A stretch of DNA of 64,000 nt from Opitutaceae bacterium (GTDB lineage Bacteria > Verrucomicrobiota > Verrucomicrobiia > Opitutales > Opitutaceae): NCBI GenBank assembly GCA_028281165.1, contig JANQKI010000013.1, positions 14,825-78,824 of the forward strand. The letters run 5' to 3'. Positions 1 to 9,369 of this stretch are shown here, piece by piece; the first letter of the stretch is position 1, and each line of letters starts with the position of its first letter. The translations under genes and the position numbers were made by a program. Under the pieces are notes generated by a model that worked only from the letters and a program-made list of their open reading frames with translations, searched no databases and was not told where the DNA came from.

Positions 1-316
1 CACCAACAATCCCGCCAACAGCGGCGCCACCAGCAGCAGCTAGAATACGCCCGGATCCACTGCCAATGGTCTGACCGACGGCAGATCCTAAAATTGCCCC
101 AGTCGTGTAGCCAATACCCGTTTTCTGCCCTTCAATCGTGACCAGCCTTACGTCAAGTACGGTACCCGACTTGATACTTTGAGAAGTACCGGCAGCTGCA
201 GCAGGCACCGATTCATAACCTGCCCTGCTCGCGCAGGCTCCAAAAAGAAAGGCAGTACTTGCCAGTAGGGTAATCAGAAAAAATCGTTTTTCGTTCAAAT
301 AACCTTTTCCCTTCAC
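1..316 (-). CDS. Glycine-zipper (SlyB/Pcp-like) outer-membrane lipoprotein, C-terminus cut by window edge
   Basis: Own translation of the minus strand gives (V)KGKGYLNEKRFFLITLLASTAFLFGAC, a signal peptide with a lipobox-like FGAC. It continues into a Gly/Ala zipper: GAILGSAVGQTIGSGSGRILAAAGGAAVGGIVG. Not in the supplied ORF track. The start is either GTG 316 or TTG 298. Confidence 0.5.
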   Translation of the reverse strand, partial: MKGKGYLNEKRFFLITLLASTAFLFGACASRAGYESVPAAAAGTSQSIKSGTVLDVRLVTIEGQKTGIGYTTGAILGSAVGQTIGSGSGRILAAAGGAAVGGIVG

Positions 317-840
317 AGAGGTTAATTCGAGTAGGGTGCCAGATTGGATTCAGAAATGATCCTGACAGGAACCCTACCTCGGCCATCTGAATAGTGATTT
401 TAAAATCTTGGATGGACCTCGCATTCTATCGGTCAACGTCCGCGTTAACAGGGATGTAACAAATCACCGTTTAAAAATGGGGAACCAGACACCAGGTTTA
501 GCATCTATTTAATGAAAAACAGATCAAAATGAGTAACAAAAGACGCGGAGAAACCGATACTATTTACACTGCCCCACGTTTACACACTGTACATTGTAAC
601 GAATTGTCACCCCGATGAAAAATAACGCTACAGACCATAGCATCTTCCTGCTAAATCCACCGCTCAGAGTGATTGCAGGGAATGCCAAAGACGAGGTGGT
701 TGAGACCAATCGTATACGTTTCGGAAGACCCAAGCTTAATCGCCAAGTGAGCAACGAACGCGTTTCTCATTACTTCCAGAAGCCGAGAAATATGTTTCGA
801 TTGGATCTTGGTTGACCGCTCGGCGAATCAGAATTTTAGG

Positions 841-876
841 ACCGAGATCCCCAGGGTCTCGGTTTTTTATTTTTGT
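841..876 (+). terminator. Intrinsic terminator
   Basis: ACCGAGA(T)CC / GGTCTCGGT forms a 9-bp stem with one bulge and a 4-nt loop, followed by TTTTTTATTTTT. It lies 23 nt after the stop of small ORF 615..815 and 35 nt before the CDS at 911. Confidence 0.7.
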
Positions 877-910
877 ATCCAAAATTTTTTAACAAACCAA
901 CAAGTACTGG

Positions 911-1315
911 ATGAATTTTCGAATCGCTTCACAAATCACAATAAAACTGAAAGATTCCCTTGGAGGAGTACGCCAAATTGTCGAGGAACTAAAAAAACGC
1001 TACGCGAACTCCCTCTCGATAGCGATGGAGAACGAGAAGGAGGGTTCTCAGCTTCTCATAACGGGCCCCAGCCTTTCCAAAGCGGCAGAGCAATTGATAT
1101 CACAGAATCTAGAATACAGCGAAGACGAAGTCATCGTGATTCCAATGGATGAAGCTAAAGGAAAGCTGACAAATATTACACACTCGTTTTTAGAGTCGAA
1201 TATCGAGCTGGACTATATCTGTCCAATAACAAGATTAGACCAATCAGAACAAAGCCTAGTCTTTAAGGTATCCAACATTCCACTCGCTTCTAGCGTTCTA
1301 TCGAAAGCAGCCTAG
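911..1315 (+). CDS. Hypothetical protein, possibly with a C-terminal ACT-like domain
   Basis: A 134-aa ORF with no competing ORF. The C-terminal half (GKLTNITHSFLESNIELDYICPITRLDQSEQSLVFKV) resembles an ACT-fold pattern, but only weakly. Confidence 0.55.
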   Translation: MNFRIASQITIKLKDSLGGVRQIVEELKKRYANSLSIAMENEKEGSQLLITGPSLSKAAEQLISQNLEYSEDEVIVIPMDEAKGKLTNITHSFLESNIELDYICPITRLDQSEQSLVFKVSNIPLASSVLSKAA

Positions 1316-1322
1316 ACAGAGC

Positions 1323-2675
1323 TCACGACGACTCCAAGTCCTTACGAAGCCAGACACTGCCGTCGTGGAACGTTGCTTCAACTGAATCCGATTCCGGAAC
1401 ATCTTCAGCGCGACATATAGGCCGACCTGCTTCATCAGAAAAAAGCGCGTATCCACGCTTCAATGTCGCTTGAGGACTTAAAGCTTCCAGCTTGGCCTTC
1501 CTCTGGGAAAGACAGCTTTTAACTTCGGCCAGCGCTTTATCGGCAACACCATGAATCCGGTGATTTAAATTATTTAGCGTGTCCTTGGAACTAGCGATCG
1601 CGTAGGAGGGTTGAAGGAGATTGAATCGAGCGTGGGAACTTGCCAAATTCCTCGATTTTCGATGGAAGACTGCCGAAACGCCCGAGTTCAATCGATTAGC
1701 GATGTCATCTAATTTCAGATACGATGTTTCGACAGTTGCCCTCGGGGACAGCAAAGATAGTTTGGCTGCCACGGAAGTGAAGCTTTGTCGCAGTTCTTGA
1801 ATTTTCCAATCGACACAAGCCTGAACACGCTCTTGAATTTCCGAAATCGTTTGCTCCGATTCAAGAAAAGCGCTCGATATGAGTTCCGCAGCCGCGGACG
1901 GAGTTTCAGCTCTAGCGTCGGCCGCAAAATCGCTTAAAGTGAAGTCGATTTCATGCCCTACAGCAGAGATCACTGGCGTACCTGAATCATGGATGGCTCG
2001 AACAACTTTCTCCTCGTTAAAGCACCATAAATCTTCCAAGCTTCCTCCTCCGCGACCGACAACGATCAAGTCAAGAAAGCCGAGCGTATCAGCTAATTGA
2101 AGACTATTTACGATTTCATCAGCAGCTCCCTGACCTTGAACTTTGCAGGGAATCAAAATCAATCGTCCTCGCCAGCCACGTCTCTTGAGGATCCTAATAA
2201 AATCCTGAACCGCCGCTCCCGTTGGAGATGTAATGATCGCGATCGCTCTGGGCAGCAGAGGCAGCGATTTTTTACTGTCCTTGTCGAAAAGACCTTCCTG
2301 TTGTAACTTCTTCTTTAAGCGTTCGAATTCCCGATGAAGCTTTCCGGCTCCGGATTCCACTAGCGCCCGAACCACAAGTTGGTAGCGTCCGTAAGGTTCG
2401 TAAACACTGATTTCCCCGAAAGCGAGCGCCTCTAAACCGTCTTCAGGATCAAAAGACAACGAGGAAGCGTTGCCACGAAACATCACGCAAGGAAGTTGGG
2501 CATCCTGATCTTTTAAGGTAAAATAAAGATGACCACTCGATTGTCTCCTGAAATTCGATACTTCGCCGTTTATCCAGCTCGGCCCGATACCAGTCTCGAG
2601 CAGCGTTTTTATTCGTCGGGTGTATTCAGAAACCGTTAGAGCTTCCTCATCACCAAATTGATCGAGGAAATTCAT
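1323..2675 (-). CDS. xseA: Exodeoxyribonuclease VII large subunit
   Basis: 450 aa. The N-terminal OB-fold region (VSEYTRRIKTLLE...GEVSNFRRQSSGHLYFTLKD) and the central catalytic region (IITSPTGAAVQDF...VGRGGGSLEDLWCFNEE..V.SAVGHE.D) are typical of XseA. Confidence 0.9.
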   Translation of the reverse strand: MNFLDQFGDEEALTVSEYTRRIKTLLETGIGPSWINGEVSNFRRQSSGHLYFTLKDQDAQLPCVMFRGNASSLSFDPEDGLEALAFGEISVYEPYGRYQLVVRALVESGAGKLHREFERLKKKLQQEGLFDKDSKKSLPLLPRAIAIITSPTGAAVQDFIRILKRRGWRGRLILIPCKVQGQGAADEIVNSLQLADTLGFLDLIVVGRGGGSLEDLWCFNEEKVVRAIHDSGTPVISAVGHEIDFTLSDFAADARAETPSAAAELISSAFLESEQTISEIQERVQACVDWKIQELRQSFTSVAAKLSLLSPRATVETSYLKLDDIANRLNSGVSAVFHRKSRNLASSHARFNLLQPSYAIASSKDTLNNLNHRIHGVADKALAEVKSCLSQRKAKLEALSPQATLKRGYALFSDEAGRPICRAEDVPESDSVEATFHDGSVWLRKDLESS

Positions 2676-3343
2676 ACTAACTCGCTCTCAATTCTGTTAC
2701 GTCGTAACCGATTTCTGAGGATTCGTATCGCCAGAGTAATGACAAGAAAGAGACTGACGGCAAGTAAGGCCAGCATCACATTGCCCTTAATTATCGCTTC
2801 ACCGAATATGACGATACTGATTGCCATTAAAAGATTCAGAGGCACGGAAACGAGCATGTACCAACCGAAGGGCATTCTAGCCAAGCCAAGCAGATAGTTT
2901 TGCAAGGGGAAAGGCATCCCTGGCGTTATGCGAAGCAAGACCGCAATCTGAAGCATATCCTTGTTTTCCAGCTTGGGCACACTATGACCAAATCGATGGA
3001 CCAATCGCTCGAAAAGAGGCCGAAACCAGATCCCCGCGACCAGCCATGACAATGCCATGTTTGCGCTTAAAGATACGCCACAGCCAATGATCGCTACCGG
3101 CAAGCTGTAGACAGCTCCCGCAAAGAGCAGAAAGGGAGAAACCGGGATCCAGAAGCAGGGGAGTATGGCCATCGCGAAGAAAAAAGGAACCGGTCCAAAA
3201 CTAGCAAATTTGTCCACCCATAACTGAATATCGACAGCCAAAATTTCACTCCGATAACGCCATACAAAGAAACAAGCAATGAGCAGGATCGCGAGCCCGC
3301 CTACGGAGACAATAGCCAACTTATGGTTTTTGATAGCGATCAA
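2672..3343 (-). CDS. TVP38/TMEM64 (DedA-related) family membrane protein
   Basis: 223 aa with multiple hydrophobic helices. It overlaps xseA by 4 bp. Uses an alternative (TTG) start. Confidence 0.7.
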   Translation of the reverse strand: MIAIKNHKLAIVSVGGLAILLIACFFVWRYRSEILAVDIQLWVDKFASFGPVPFFFAMAILPCFWIPVSPFLLFAGAVYSLPVAIIGCGVSLSANMALSWLVAGIWFRPLFERLVHRFGHSVPKLENKDMLQIAVLLRITPGMPFPLQNYLLGLARMPFGWYMLVSVPLNLLMAISIVIFGEAIIKGNVMLALLAVSLFLVITLAIRILRNRLRRNRIESELV

Positions 3344-3409
3344 CCGAGAATCTCTCCGAATACTTGAATTGCAATTACAAATAGACCCGTCAATCTTTGC
3401 TTCTCGTTA

Positions 3410-5344
3410 ATGCCATCCGAGAAATTCAAGCTCTGGATTTTAATCGCCACATTTGGTTATACCCTTCTCCACTTCACATGGTATTGGCAAACCCCGCTTG
3501 GCCTCAGTCCAGTCTTAGACAGTCAAGAGAATATCCTGCTAGCGGAGAAGATCGCTTTCGGCTCTCTAGAAAAAGAACCCTTTTATCGGGCAATGCTGTA
3601 TCCATTTTTCCTGTCGCTTTTTATTTCGGCGGGCCTATCTGTTTCATCGCTACCAGCTATCGCAGGCATTTTGGGGCTCTTATGCCATTGCCTTAACACC
3701 GCCTTAGCGATGCTAGTATCGGAAAAAGTCTGGCAATCGCGCAGCAGTATTGTCGTTACGGGCATACTGATCGGGACAAACCCCGTTTTGATTCACTTCG
3801 CAGCGGAGTTAATCGACGTTACGCTTGCAACCAGCCTTTTTCTAGGAGGCCTACTCTCTTACCTAAAGAGCAGGCATGAGAGTTCAGGCAAGATAGTCTA
3901 TACCTGGGTTGCGCTAGCCGCCTCCCTACTAGCTCTATCCACACTCGCTCGGCCTCATTTAATGGCCCCCGTCATTGCGATATGCGGGATAATAACGCTG
4001 GTACTATTTGTTAGGCGACGCGAATGGATGCGGAGCATTTCATTCCTCTCGGGAGCAACGGTCATCTGGCTCGCCTACGGCTTCATCCAACTATCGTGGA
4101 GCGGATCGTTTGGCATTCTACCCTGGCAAGGAGCCTACAACCTTTGGGCAAGCAATAAACCGGGCGCGAATGGACTGTATTTAACTCAAACCTACAGCTT
4201 TAATTATCAGGGCGAGCATCGAAATCCGACCCGTTTAGAGGAAGAGACGGCTTATATCCACGAAGTTGGTCGGCTAGACTCCATTGATCAGAGATCCCAC
4301 TATTGGCGTTCAAAAACGATTAATCGGATTCTTGAAAATCCAGGAGACTGGTTGAGACTCATGGCATGGAAAACTTATGCCCTCGTAAACAACTTCGAGC
4401 AGTACAACAATAAAACCTACTCATTCCACAAGCGGCTTTCGCCCTGGCTAAGAGGGAATCCTATTTGTTGGGGAATCCTTCTGCTCTTTGGATTTGGGGG
4501 CTTCATAGCAGGTTTTAAAAGAGAACGACTCCTTTGTATTCAATGGCTGGTTATCACTCTTTCACTTTCAGCGGGAATTCTCATTTATATGGCCAGCGCG
4601 AAATTCAGGGTTCCTCTCGTATTTCTACTCGCCATCATGGCTGGAGGCACTCCATTTTTCAGAAACGCCATTGCTGAACTTGGTGGAAAGAGCCTCTCGG
4701 TTATAGCTGGATTTCTAACCTTGTCCGCCTTCGTTACTTTTTCAACGTTCGGAGAGATAGATTCGAAGCGCACAATCATTCAGGATCAGCTTCTCCTAGC
4801 CGACGCTTCAACGCGAATTGGGCGAGATCATGAAGCCTTTTTCTGGGCAAGCGAAGCGGTTAAATCAAATCCAGAGAGGATTGAAGGCCATCGTGTCCAC
4901 CTGATTAGCTTCTACAATCTAGTGGCGAGCGGCGATCAGGAAGGCGGCAAGGAAGCCTGGCTCGCCTTTCGAGAAGCTCTCCCCAATGAACCGACTTTTG
5001 ACGCGTCTTACTCGTTTGTCGGCGGAATCGCTCATTGGAATATTGGGAATTTCGATATCGCAAAAAGAATCTGGCAGGCGAGTGTTACGGAGTACGGCTG
5101 GGGTGCCTCTAGCAGTTTGGGAATTCTCGTTCTAACGAATTCTATGCCTGTTCCCACAAACGTCTCGGACGAGATAATCAAAGAAATAAAGGAGGGAGCC
5201 CATGGCATTCTAGCCTACGCTCTTATTACGAGAGACTCTAGCTTTCGTAACCGCATTTCCATGACAAGGCAAAGAGAAAGCAACTTCCAAGCGATCCTTT
5301 CAAGAGTGTTGCCTCATGCTTGGAACTCCCCTGAATCGCTTTAA
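3410..5344 (+). CDS. Polytopic membrane protein, GT-C (ArnT/PMT-like) glycosyltransferase fold, with a soluble TPR-like C-terminal region
   Basis: 644 aa. About 12 hydrophobic segments in the first ~440 aa, then a helical soluble tail. The family call rests on architecture only. Confidence 0.55.
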   Translation: MPSEKFKLWILIATFGYTLLHFTWYWQTPLGLSPVLDSQENILLAEKIAFGSLEKEPFYRAMLYPFFLSLFISAGLSVSSLPAIAGILGLLCHCLNTALAMLVSEKVWQSRSSIVVTGILIGTNPVLIHFAAELIDVTLATSLFLGGLLSYLKSRHESSGKIVYTWVALAASLLALSTLARPHLMAPVIAICGIITLVLFVRRREWMRSISFLSGATVIWLAYGFIQLSWSGSFGILPWQGAYNLWASNKPGANGLYLTQTYSFNYQGEHRNPTRLEEETAYIHEVGRLDSIDQRSHYWRSKTINRILENPGDWLRLMAWKTYALVNNFEQYNNKTYSFHKRLSPWLRGNPICWGILLLFGFGGFIAGFKRERLLCIQWLVITLSLSAGILIYMASAKFRVPLVFLLAIMAGGTPFFRNAIAELGGKSLSVIAGFLTLSAFVTFSTFGEIDSKRTIIQDQLLLADASTRIGRDHEAFFWASEAVKSNPERIEGHRVHLISFYNLVASGDQEGGKEAWLAFREALPNEPTFDASYSFVGGIAHWNIGNFDIAKRIWQASVTEYGWGASSSLGILVLTNSMPVPTNVSDEIIKEIKEGAHGILAYALITRDSSFRNRISMTRQRESNFQAILSRVLPHAWNSPESL

Positions 5345-5494
5345 TCTTCGAACCGCCGGTTTTCCAATTGCTTCATTACCGTTTGCCCACCAAATTAGCT
5401 CGCAACTTCATCCCATTGGAATGGTTAACTGAATTCACATATTTTTCGTGTAAGTTTAAGCAATTGTTACCGATACATTTAGAGGATTAACTGC

Positions 5495-5908
5495 ATGCTA
5501 GATTCGCTTTCAGGCAAATTTCTCATAATCGACGACGACGAAAGTCTACGCAATTTGCTTGAAGTGATCATCTCATCCGCGGGAGCCGACAGCCTATGCG
5601 CAGCCAAGCCTTCCGAAGCAATCGAGCTACTCACAAGCAGGACGGAAGAAATCGAAGCGATACTGCTCGACTTAAACCTTGAAGGCTCCAACGGCGAAAA
5701 CCTCTACGACGAACTAGTGGCCATAAAACCAGAGCTCCTCATCTTTCCCATGAGCGGTTGCTATGACGAGGAAATCAAAGAACGCCTCGCAGGAAGACGA
5801 ATCGATGGCCTCATCACTAAACCCTTTCTATCCGCTGGTCTGATTAAAATCCTATCTGATGGGATCGCCAAGCGGAACAACCTCGACCTCTCAAGCCAAC
5901 GTATTTAA
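5495..5908 (+). CDS. Single-domain response regulator (CheY-like receiver)
   Basis: 137 aa. Receiver landmarks are IIDDDE, ILLDLNL (acceptor Asp), PMSG and TKPF. Confidence 0.8.
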   Translation: MLDSLSGKFLIIDDDESLRNLLEVIISSAGADSLCAAKPSEAIELLTSRTEEIEAILLDLNLEGSNGENLYDELVAIKPELLIFPMSGCYDEEIKERLAGRRIDGLITKPFLSAGLIKILSDGIAKRNNLDLSSQRI

Positions 5909-6124
5909 ATTTTTCCCTGAAGGACCACCAGCGTAAGGAATATCTTCATACAGCTCAACTCCATCTGCAGGCGACTCGTCATTGGAATCTTCCACCTCCG
6001 GCTCGATAGGCCTTCTATCAGGCTCGGTAGAACGAATATAAGCCTCCCGCTCCGCTTTCTCTCGTTGTTCGCGGAGAATCGGAAAGGTGCGTTCTAATAT
6101 ATTCTGTGGATAGAGCGGTTCCAT
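5891..6124 (-). CDS. Hypothetical small acidic protein
   Basis: A 77-aa ORF convergent with the receiver gene and overlapping it by 18 nt. No recognisable motif. Confidence 0.3.
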   Translation of the reverse strand: MEPLYPQNILERTFPILREQREKAEREAYIRSTEPDRRPIEPEVEDSNDESPADGVELYEDIPYAGGPSGKNLNTLA

Positions 6125-6615
6125 GCTCGTCTCGATATGAGTTAAGAATCCCTTCTTGAGTTAGATGTATTTTTGTCCTTGTGTCGGGCATCGGCATCAT
6201 AGACGGCAACTTTAATTTTCTCTGGGATTTTTTCTTAGTTTTTATAAATGGATTTTTCTCAAATTACTGATTATCAGTTGATAATAGAATTTTAAAGAAA
6301 TTTCCCAATTAGTTGATTTCTAATTGATAAGGCCAAAAAAGATGATCGCGGAAATAAGCTTTAGCGGAAATCCTGAATAGTTTCGCGGAGAAAAAGAAAA
6401 CCCCTAAACGATTACGAAAAGCTACAACCGTAAAAGTAAAAAGTCGAAAATCGGCATCCAAAATCTCGTTACAAGTGGATATAAAACTTGACAAATTTGA
6501 ATCGAATCGCCGCCGACATTCGTTACTGGAAATTCAAGCCAATTCCAATGTTTTTATGCCTATTTTCCGAGCATTGTCTATTGCGAAAGAGCGATTCTTT
6601 AGTCAACTTTAAGGT

Positions 6616-7485
6616 GTGGAAAATGATCCGGTAACGGCCTCGAGGAAAGAGGCCCTTCTTGAGTTACTCGACGACCCCAGTCCTGTTGTAAGGAAGCAGT
6701 TGCTCAAGGAATTCGAGAATCTCGGACAAGAAGGCCGAAGCCTGCTAAAAGCTGCGGCAAACGGGTCGAATCGATTTCTCAGCTGGCATGCGCGCTGGTT
6801 CCTGGCCGAGCTCGACCAATCGAATCCAATCGAAGAATTCAGGAATTTCATTCGCTCGCAACAATACGATTTGGAAAGCGGCTGGCTGCTAATAAGTCGA
6901 GTCGCCCATCCCGATTTAGAGGTGGGCCAAGTTTGTTTGCAACTGGATGAGTTAGCGAAGCGATGCAAGGAGCTCATCATTGAGCCGGCCTCCAGTCATG
7001 ACCGCTGCTTGGTTTTGAATCGCGTTCTCTTTCATGAATGCGGATTTCGAGGCAATATCGACAAGTTCAACGACCCTTCCAACAGCTTTGCTAACGAAGT
7101 TCTGAGGACGAAAAAAGGTCTGCCAATAGCGCTCTCGCTTCTCTATATATTGGTGGCCCAACGGATTGGAGCTCATCTGGAACCGATTGCCGCCCCTGGC
7201 AAATTCCTCGTGGGTTCTTTTGAAGACGACAAGCCCTTCTACATCGATCCTTTTGAGCGCGGACGGCTCCTGAAACCCGAGCAGCTTTTCGAAAAACTAG
7301 AAATTCGCAAGGGCGACTCGACCATAGGAATCATGGCTCCTGCTTCGATTAGAGAAACGCTCAGTCGCTGCTGTCGCAACCTGGTAAAACACTACGCCGA
7401 GGCAGGGCAGCTGCAGATGTCCAACCTTTTCAAGAACTTCATTCTCGAGTTTAAAGAAGCTTATCGAAAACGCTCGCGAAGCTAA
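6616..7485 (+). CDS. SirB1/YchA-like transglutaminase-fold protein with an N-terminal HEAT-like segment
   Basis: 289 aa with a GTG start. The core LNRVLFHECGFRGN...DPSNSFANEVLRTKKGLPIALSLLYILVAQRIG matches the Transglut_core2/SirB1 pattern. Confidence 0.65.
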   Translation: MENDPVTASRKEALLELLDDPSPVVRKQLLKEFENLGQEGRSLLKAAANGSNRFLSWHARWFLAELDQSNPIEEFRNFIRSQQYDLESGWLLISRVAHPDLEVGQVCLQLDELAKRCKELIIEPASSHDRCLVLNRVLFHECGFRGNIDKFNDPSNSFANEVLRTKKGLPIALSLLYILVAQRIGAHLEPIAAPGKFLVGSFEDDKPFYIDPFERGRLLKPEQLFEKLEIRKGDSTIGIMAPASIRETLSRCCRNLVKHYAEAGQLQMSNLFKNFILEFKEAYRKRSRS

Positions 7486-7540
7486 GAAAGCGATTATTTT
7501 TCTCGCTCGTCCTCTAAATGGTTCCTAACCGTTCAAGAGC

Positions 7541-8476
7541 ATGCGAGACTACTCCCCAGAGCGTACTTATACGCTTGAAGACCTGGAAAACTGGGACTTT
7601 CCAGGGACAAGCCTTGCCGTACTAGGCTATCCAGTCCGGCACTCGATCAGTCCGCAGATGCACAATGCTGCATTGGCAAAACTGGGCAACAAGGATCCGC
7701 AATTCCGTAGCTGGCGCTATTTCCGATTCGAGACCCCTCCGGAGCAGCTCATAGAATCACTTCCGAAATTTCATGAAAAAGGCTTTCTGGGCTTAAATCT
7801 TACCGTTCCGCATAAGGAAATCGCCCTCCCCGCCATTGAAAAAATCGACAATTCAGTCGATTGTATCAAAGCAGTTAATACACTAAAAAAAACGACCTCG
7901 GGATACGACGGATTCAATACCGACGGATACGGTCTAAAGGAAGGCATCAGACTGGAATTAGGGCTCGAGTTGAAAGGGACCCGTGTCTACTTAATCGGAG
8001 CAGGAGGCGCCGCCAGAGCGGCAGCAGCTCTTTGTATTCAAGAAGGTTGCGCAGCTCTAAGTATCATAAACCGCAACCAAGATCGGCTATCGAATCTTAT
8101 TAGCGACCTTGAACCTTTGGCAAAGACAGCGAAGCTGGAAATTGAAAGATGGTCCTCGGACGACCAGAGCTTGGAAATAACGCCTGGAAGTATTGTTATC
8201 AATGCAACGTCGCTGGGGTTGAAAGGCGACGATCCGCTTCCTATTGTAGAAGGAGCCCTTCAATCGGAAATCGCTCTCTACGACATGATATACAATCCTT
8301 CTGAAACTAAGTTGATGAAACGAGTTAAAAAACTGGGTGGGGGAACAGCCAATGGATTGTCGATGCTAGTTTACCAGGGAGTAAAGTCTCTTGGAATTTG
8401 GACGACTGAAGAAATCCCATCCGATGCGATGCTAAAAGCCGCCCATGAGGCTATGACTACTCGAGTGGTATCCTAA
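7541..8476 (+). CDS. aroE: Shikimate dehydrogenase
   Basis: 311 aa. Motifs present are GYPVRHSISPQMHNAA, GLNLTVPHK, NTDGYG and GAGGAARA (Rossmann). Confidence 0.85.
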   Translation: MRDYSPERTYTLEDLENWDFPGTSLAVLGYPVRHSISPQMHNAALAKLGNKDPQFRSWRYFRFETPPEQLIESLPKFHEKGFLGLNLTVPHKEIALPAIEKIDNSVDCIKAVNTLKKTTSGYDGFNTDGYGLKEGIRLELGLELKGTRVYLIGAGGAARAAAALCIQEGCAALSIINRNQDRLSNLISDLEPLAKTAKLEIERWSSDDQSLEITPGSIVINATSLGLKGDDPLPIVEGALQSEIALYDMIYNPSETKLMKRVKKLGGGTANGLSMLVYQGVKSLGIWTTEEIPSDAMLKAAHEAMTTRVVS

Positions 8477-8481
8477 GACAG

Positions 8482-9369
8482 ATGTTGAATGATTTTATAG
8501 CCGTGTATGAGGGAGCTCCTCTTTTATTTCAGATTTTCGCCTTTGTTTTTGGAGCAATCGTGGGAAGTTTCCTAAACGTATGTATATATCGAATACCCGC
8601 TAAAAAATCTATCGTTTCTCCAGGTTCCACCTGCTCTTGCGGGAAGCCTATCGCCTGGTACGATAATATTCCAATCTTAAGCTGGTTTATCTTACGCGGC
8701 AAGGCTAGGTGCTGCGGACAACCCTATAGCTTTCGCTATCCATTTATCGAACTGCTAGCGGGCCTGCTATTTCTTGCCGCTTGGATAACTCAAGATCCAG
8801 CTAACGCCGGCTGTATCATGGTTTTCATTTCAATGCTGATTTGCGCCAGTTTCATTGATTTCGATCACATGGAAATTCCTGATCGTTTTTCGATAGGTCT
8901 CGCTTTCACTGGCGTGGTTCTCTCTGTAATCGTTCCGTCGTTACATGGCATCAGCCACCCGGTCTATATGATCGCTTCGATGCAGTCTCTGATTGAATCG
9001 TTAATTGGCGTGCTAGTCGGGTCAGGTATAATTCTATGGCTTGCTCTCGTAGCGGAAATTATTCTTCGCAAAGAAGCCATGGGATTTGGAGACGTAAAAC
9101 TGCTCGGAGGTATCGGAGCGTTCGCCGGATGGCAAGGATCGGTTTTCGCGTTGCTGGGAGGATCGGTGATTGGACTTTTCGGCCTGTGCGCCTGGATGCT
9201 CGTCAAACAGATAATGCCGTCGTTGAGGAAGTCAGAAGATGATGGCCAGCTCTTTGGCAAGCACACGCCCTTCGGCCCCATGCTTTCTGCCGGAGCAATC
9301 GTCTATTTTCTGCTAGCCGAGGACGCGGTGAACGATTACTTTGAGATGTTTGCCAGCATCGTCTACTAG
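8482..9369 (+). CDS. pilD: Type IV prepilin peptidase (A24 family)
   Basis: 295 aa. It has the Cys-rich N-terminal motif (STCSCG...CCGQP), the catalytic GFGDVKL motif and a polytopic membrane profile. Confidence 0.85.
   Translation: MLNDFIAVYEGAPLLFQIFAFVFGAIVGSFLNVCIYRIPAKKSIVSPGSTCSCGKPIAWYDNIPILSWFILRGKARCCGQPYSFRYPFIELLAGLLFLAAWITQDPANAGCIMVFISMLICASFIDFDHMEIPDRFSIGLAFTGVVLSVIVPSLHGISHPVYMIASMQSLIESLIGVLVGSGIILWLALVAEIILRKEAMGFGDVKLLGGIGAFAGWQGSVFALLGGSVIGLFGLCAWMLVKQIMPSLRKSEDDGQLFGKHTPFGPMLSAGAIVYFLLAEDAVNDYFEMFASIVY

Noticed and set aside
615-815. A 66-aa ORF (MKNNATDHSIFLLNPPLRV...) ending 23 nt before the terminator, considered as a CDS feature.
   Set aside because: No Shine-Dalgarno, an unremarkable sequence, and a fully overlapping antisense ORF of similar length. 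I keep it only as one of the alternatives in the corresponding finding.
6125-6615. An AT-rich 490-bp intergenic region with small palindromes (ACTGATTATCAGT at about 6266-6278; CAATTA-N8-TAATTG at about 6307-6326) and a 61-aa ORF (6309..6494).
   Set aside because: Short palindromes are expected by chance in AT-rich DNA, and the ORF is Phe/Lys-rich low complexity. No support for a defined regulatory site or gene.
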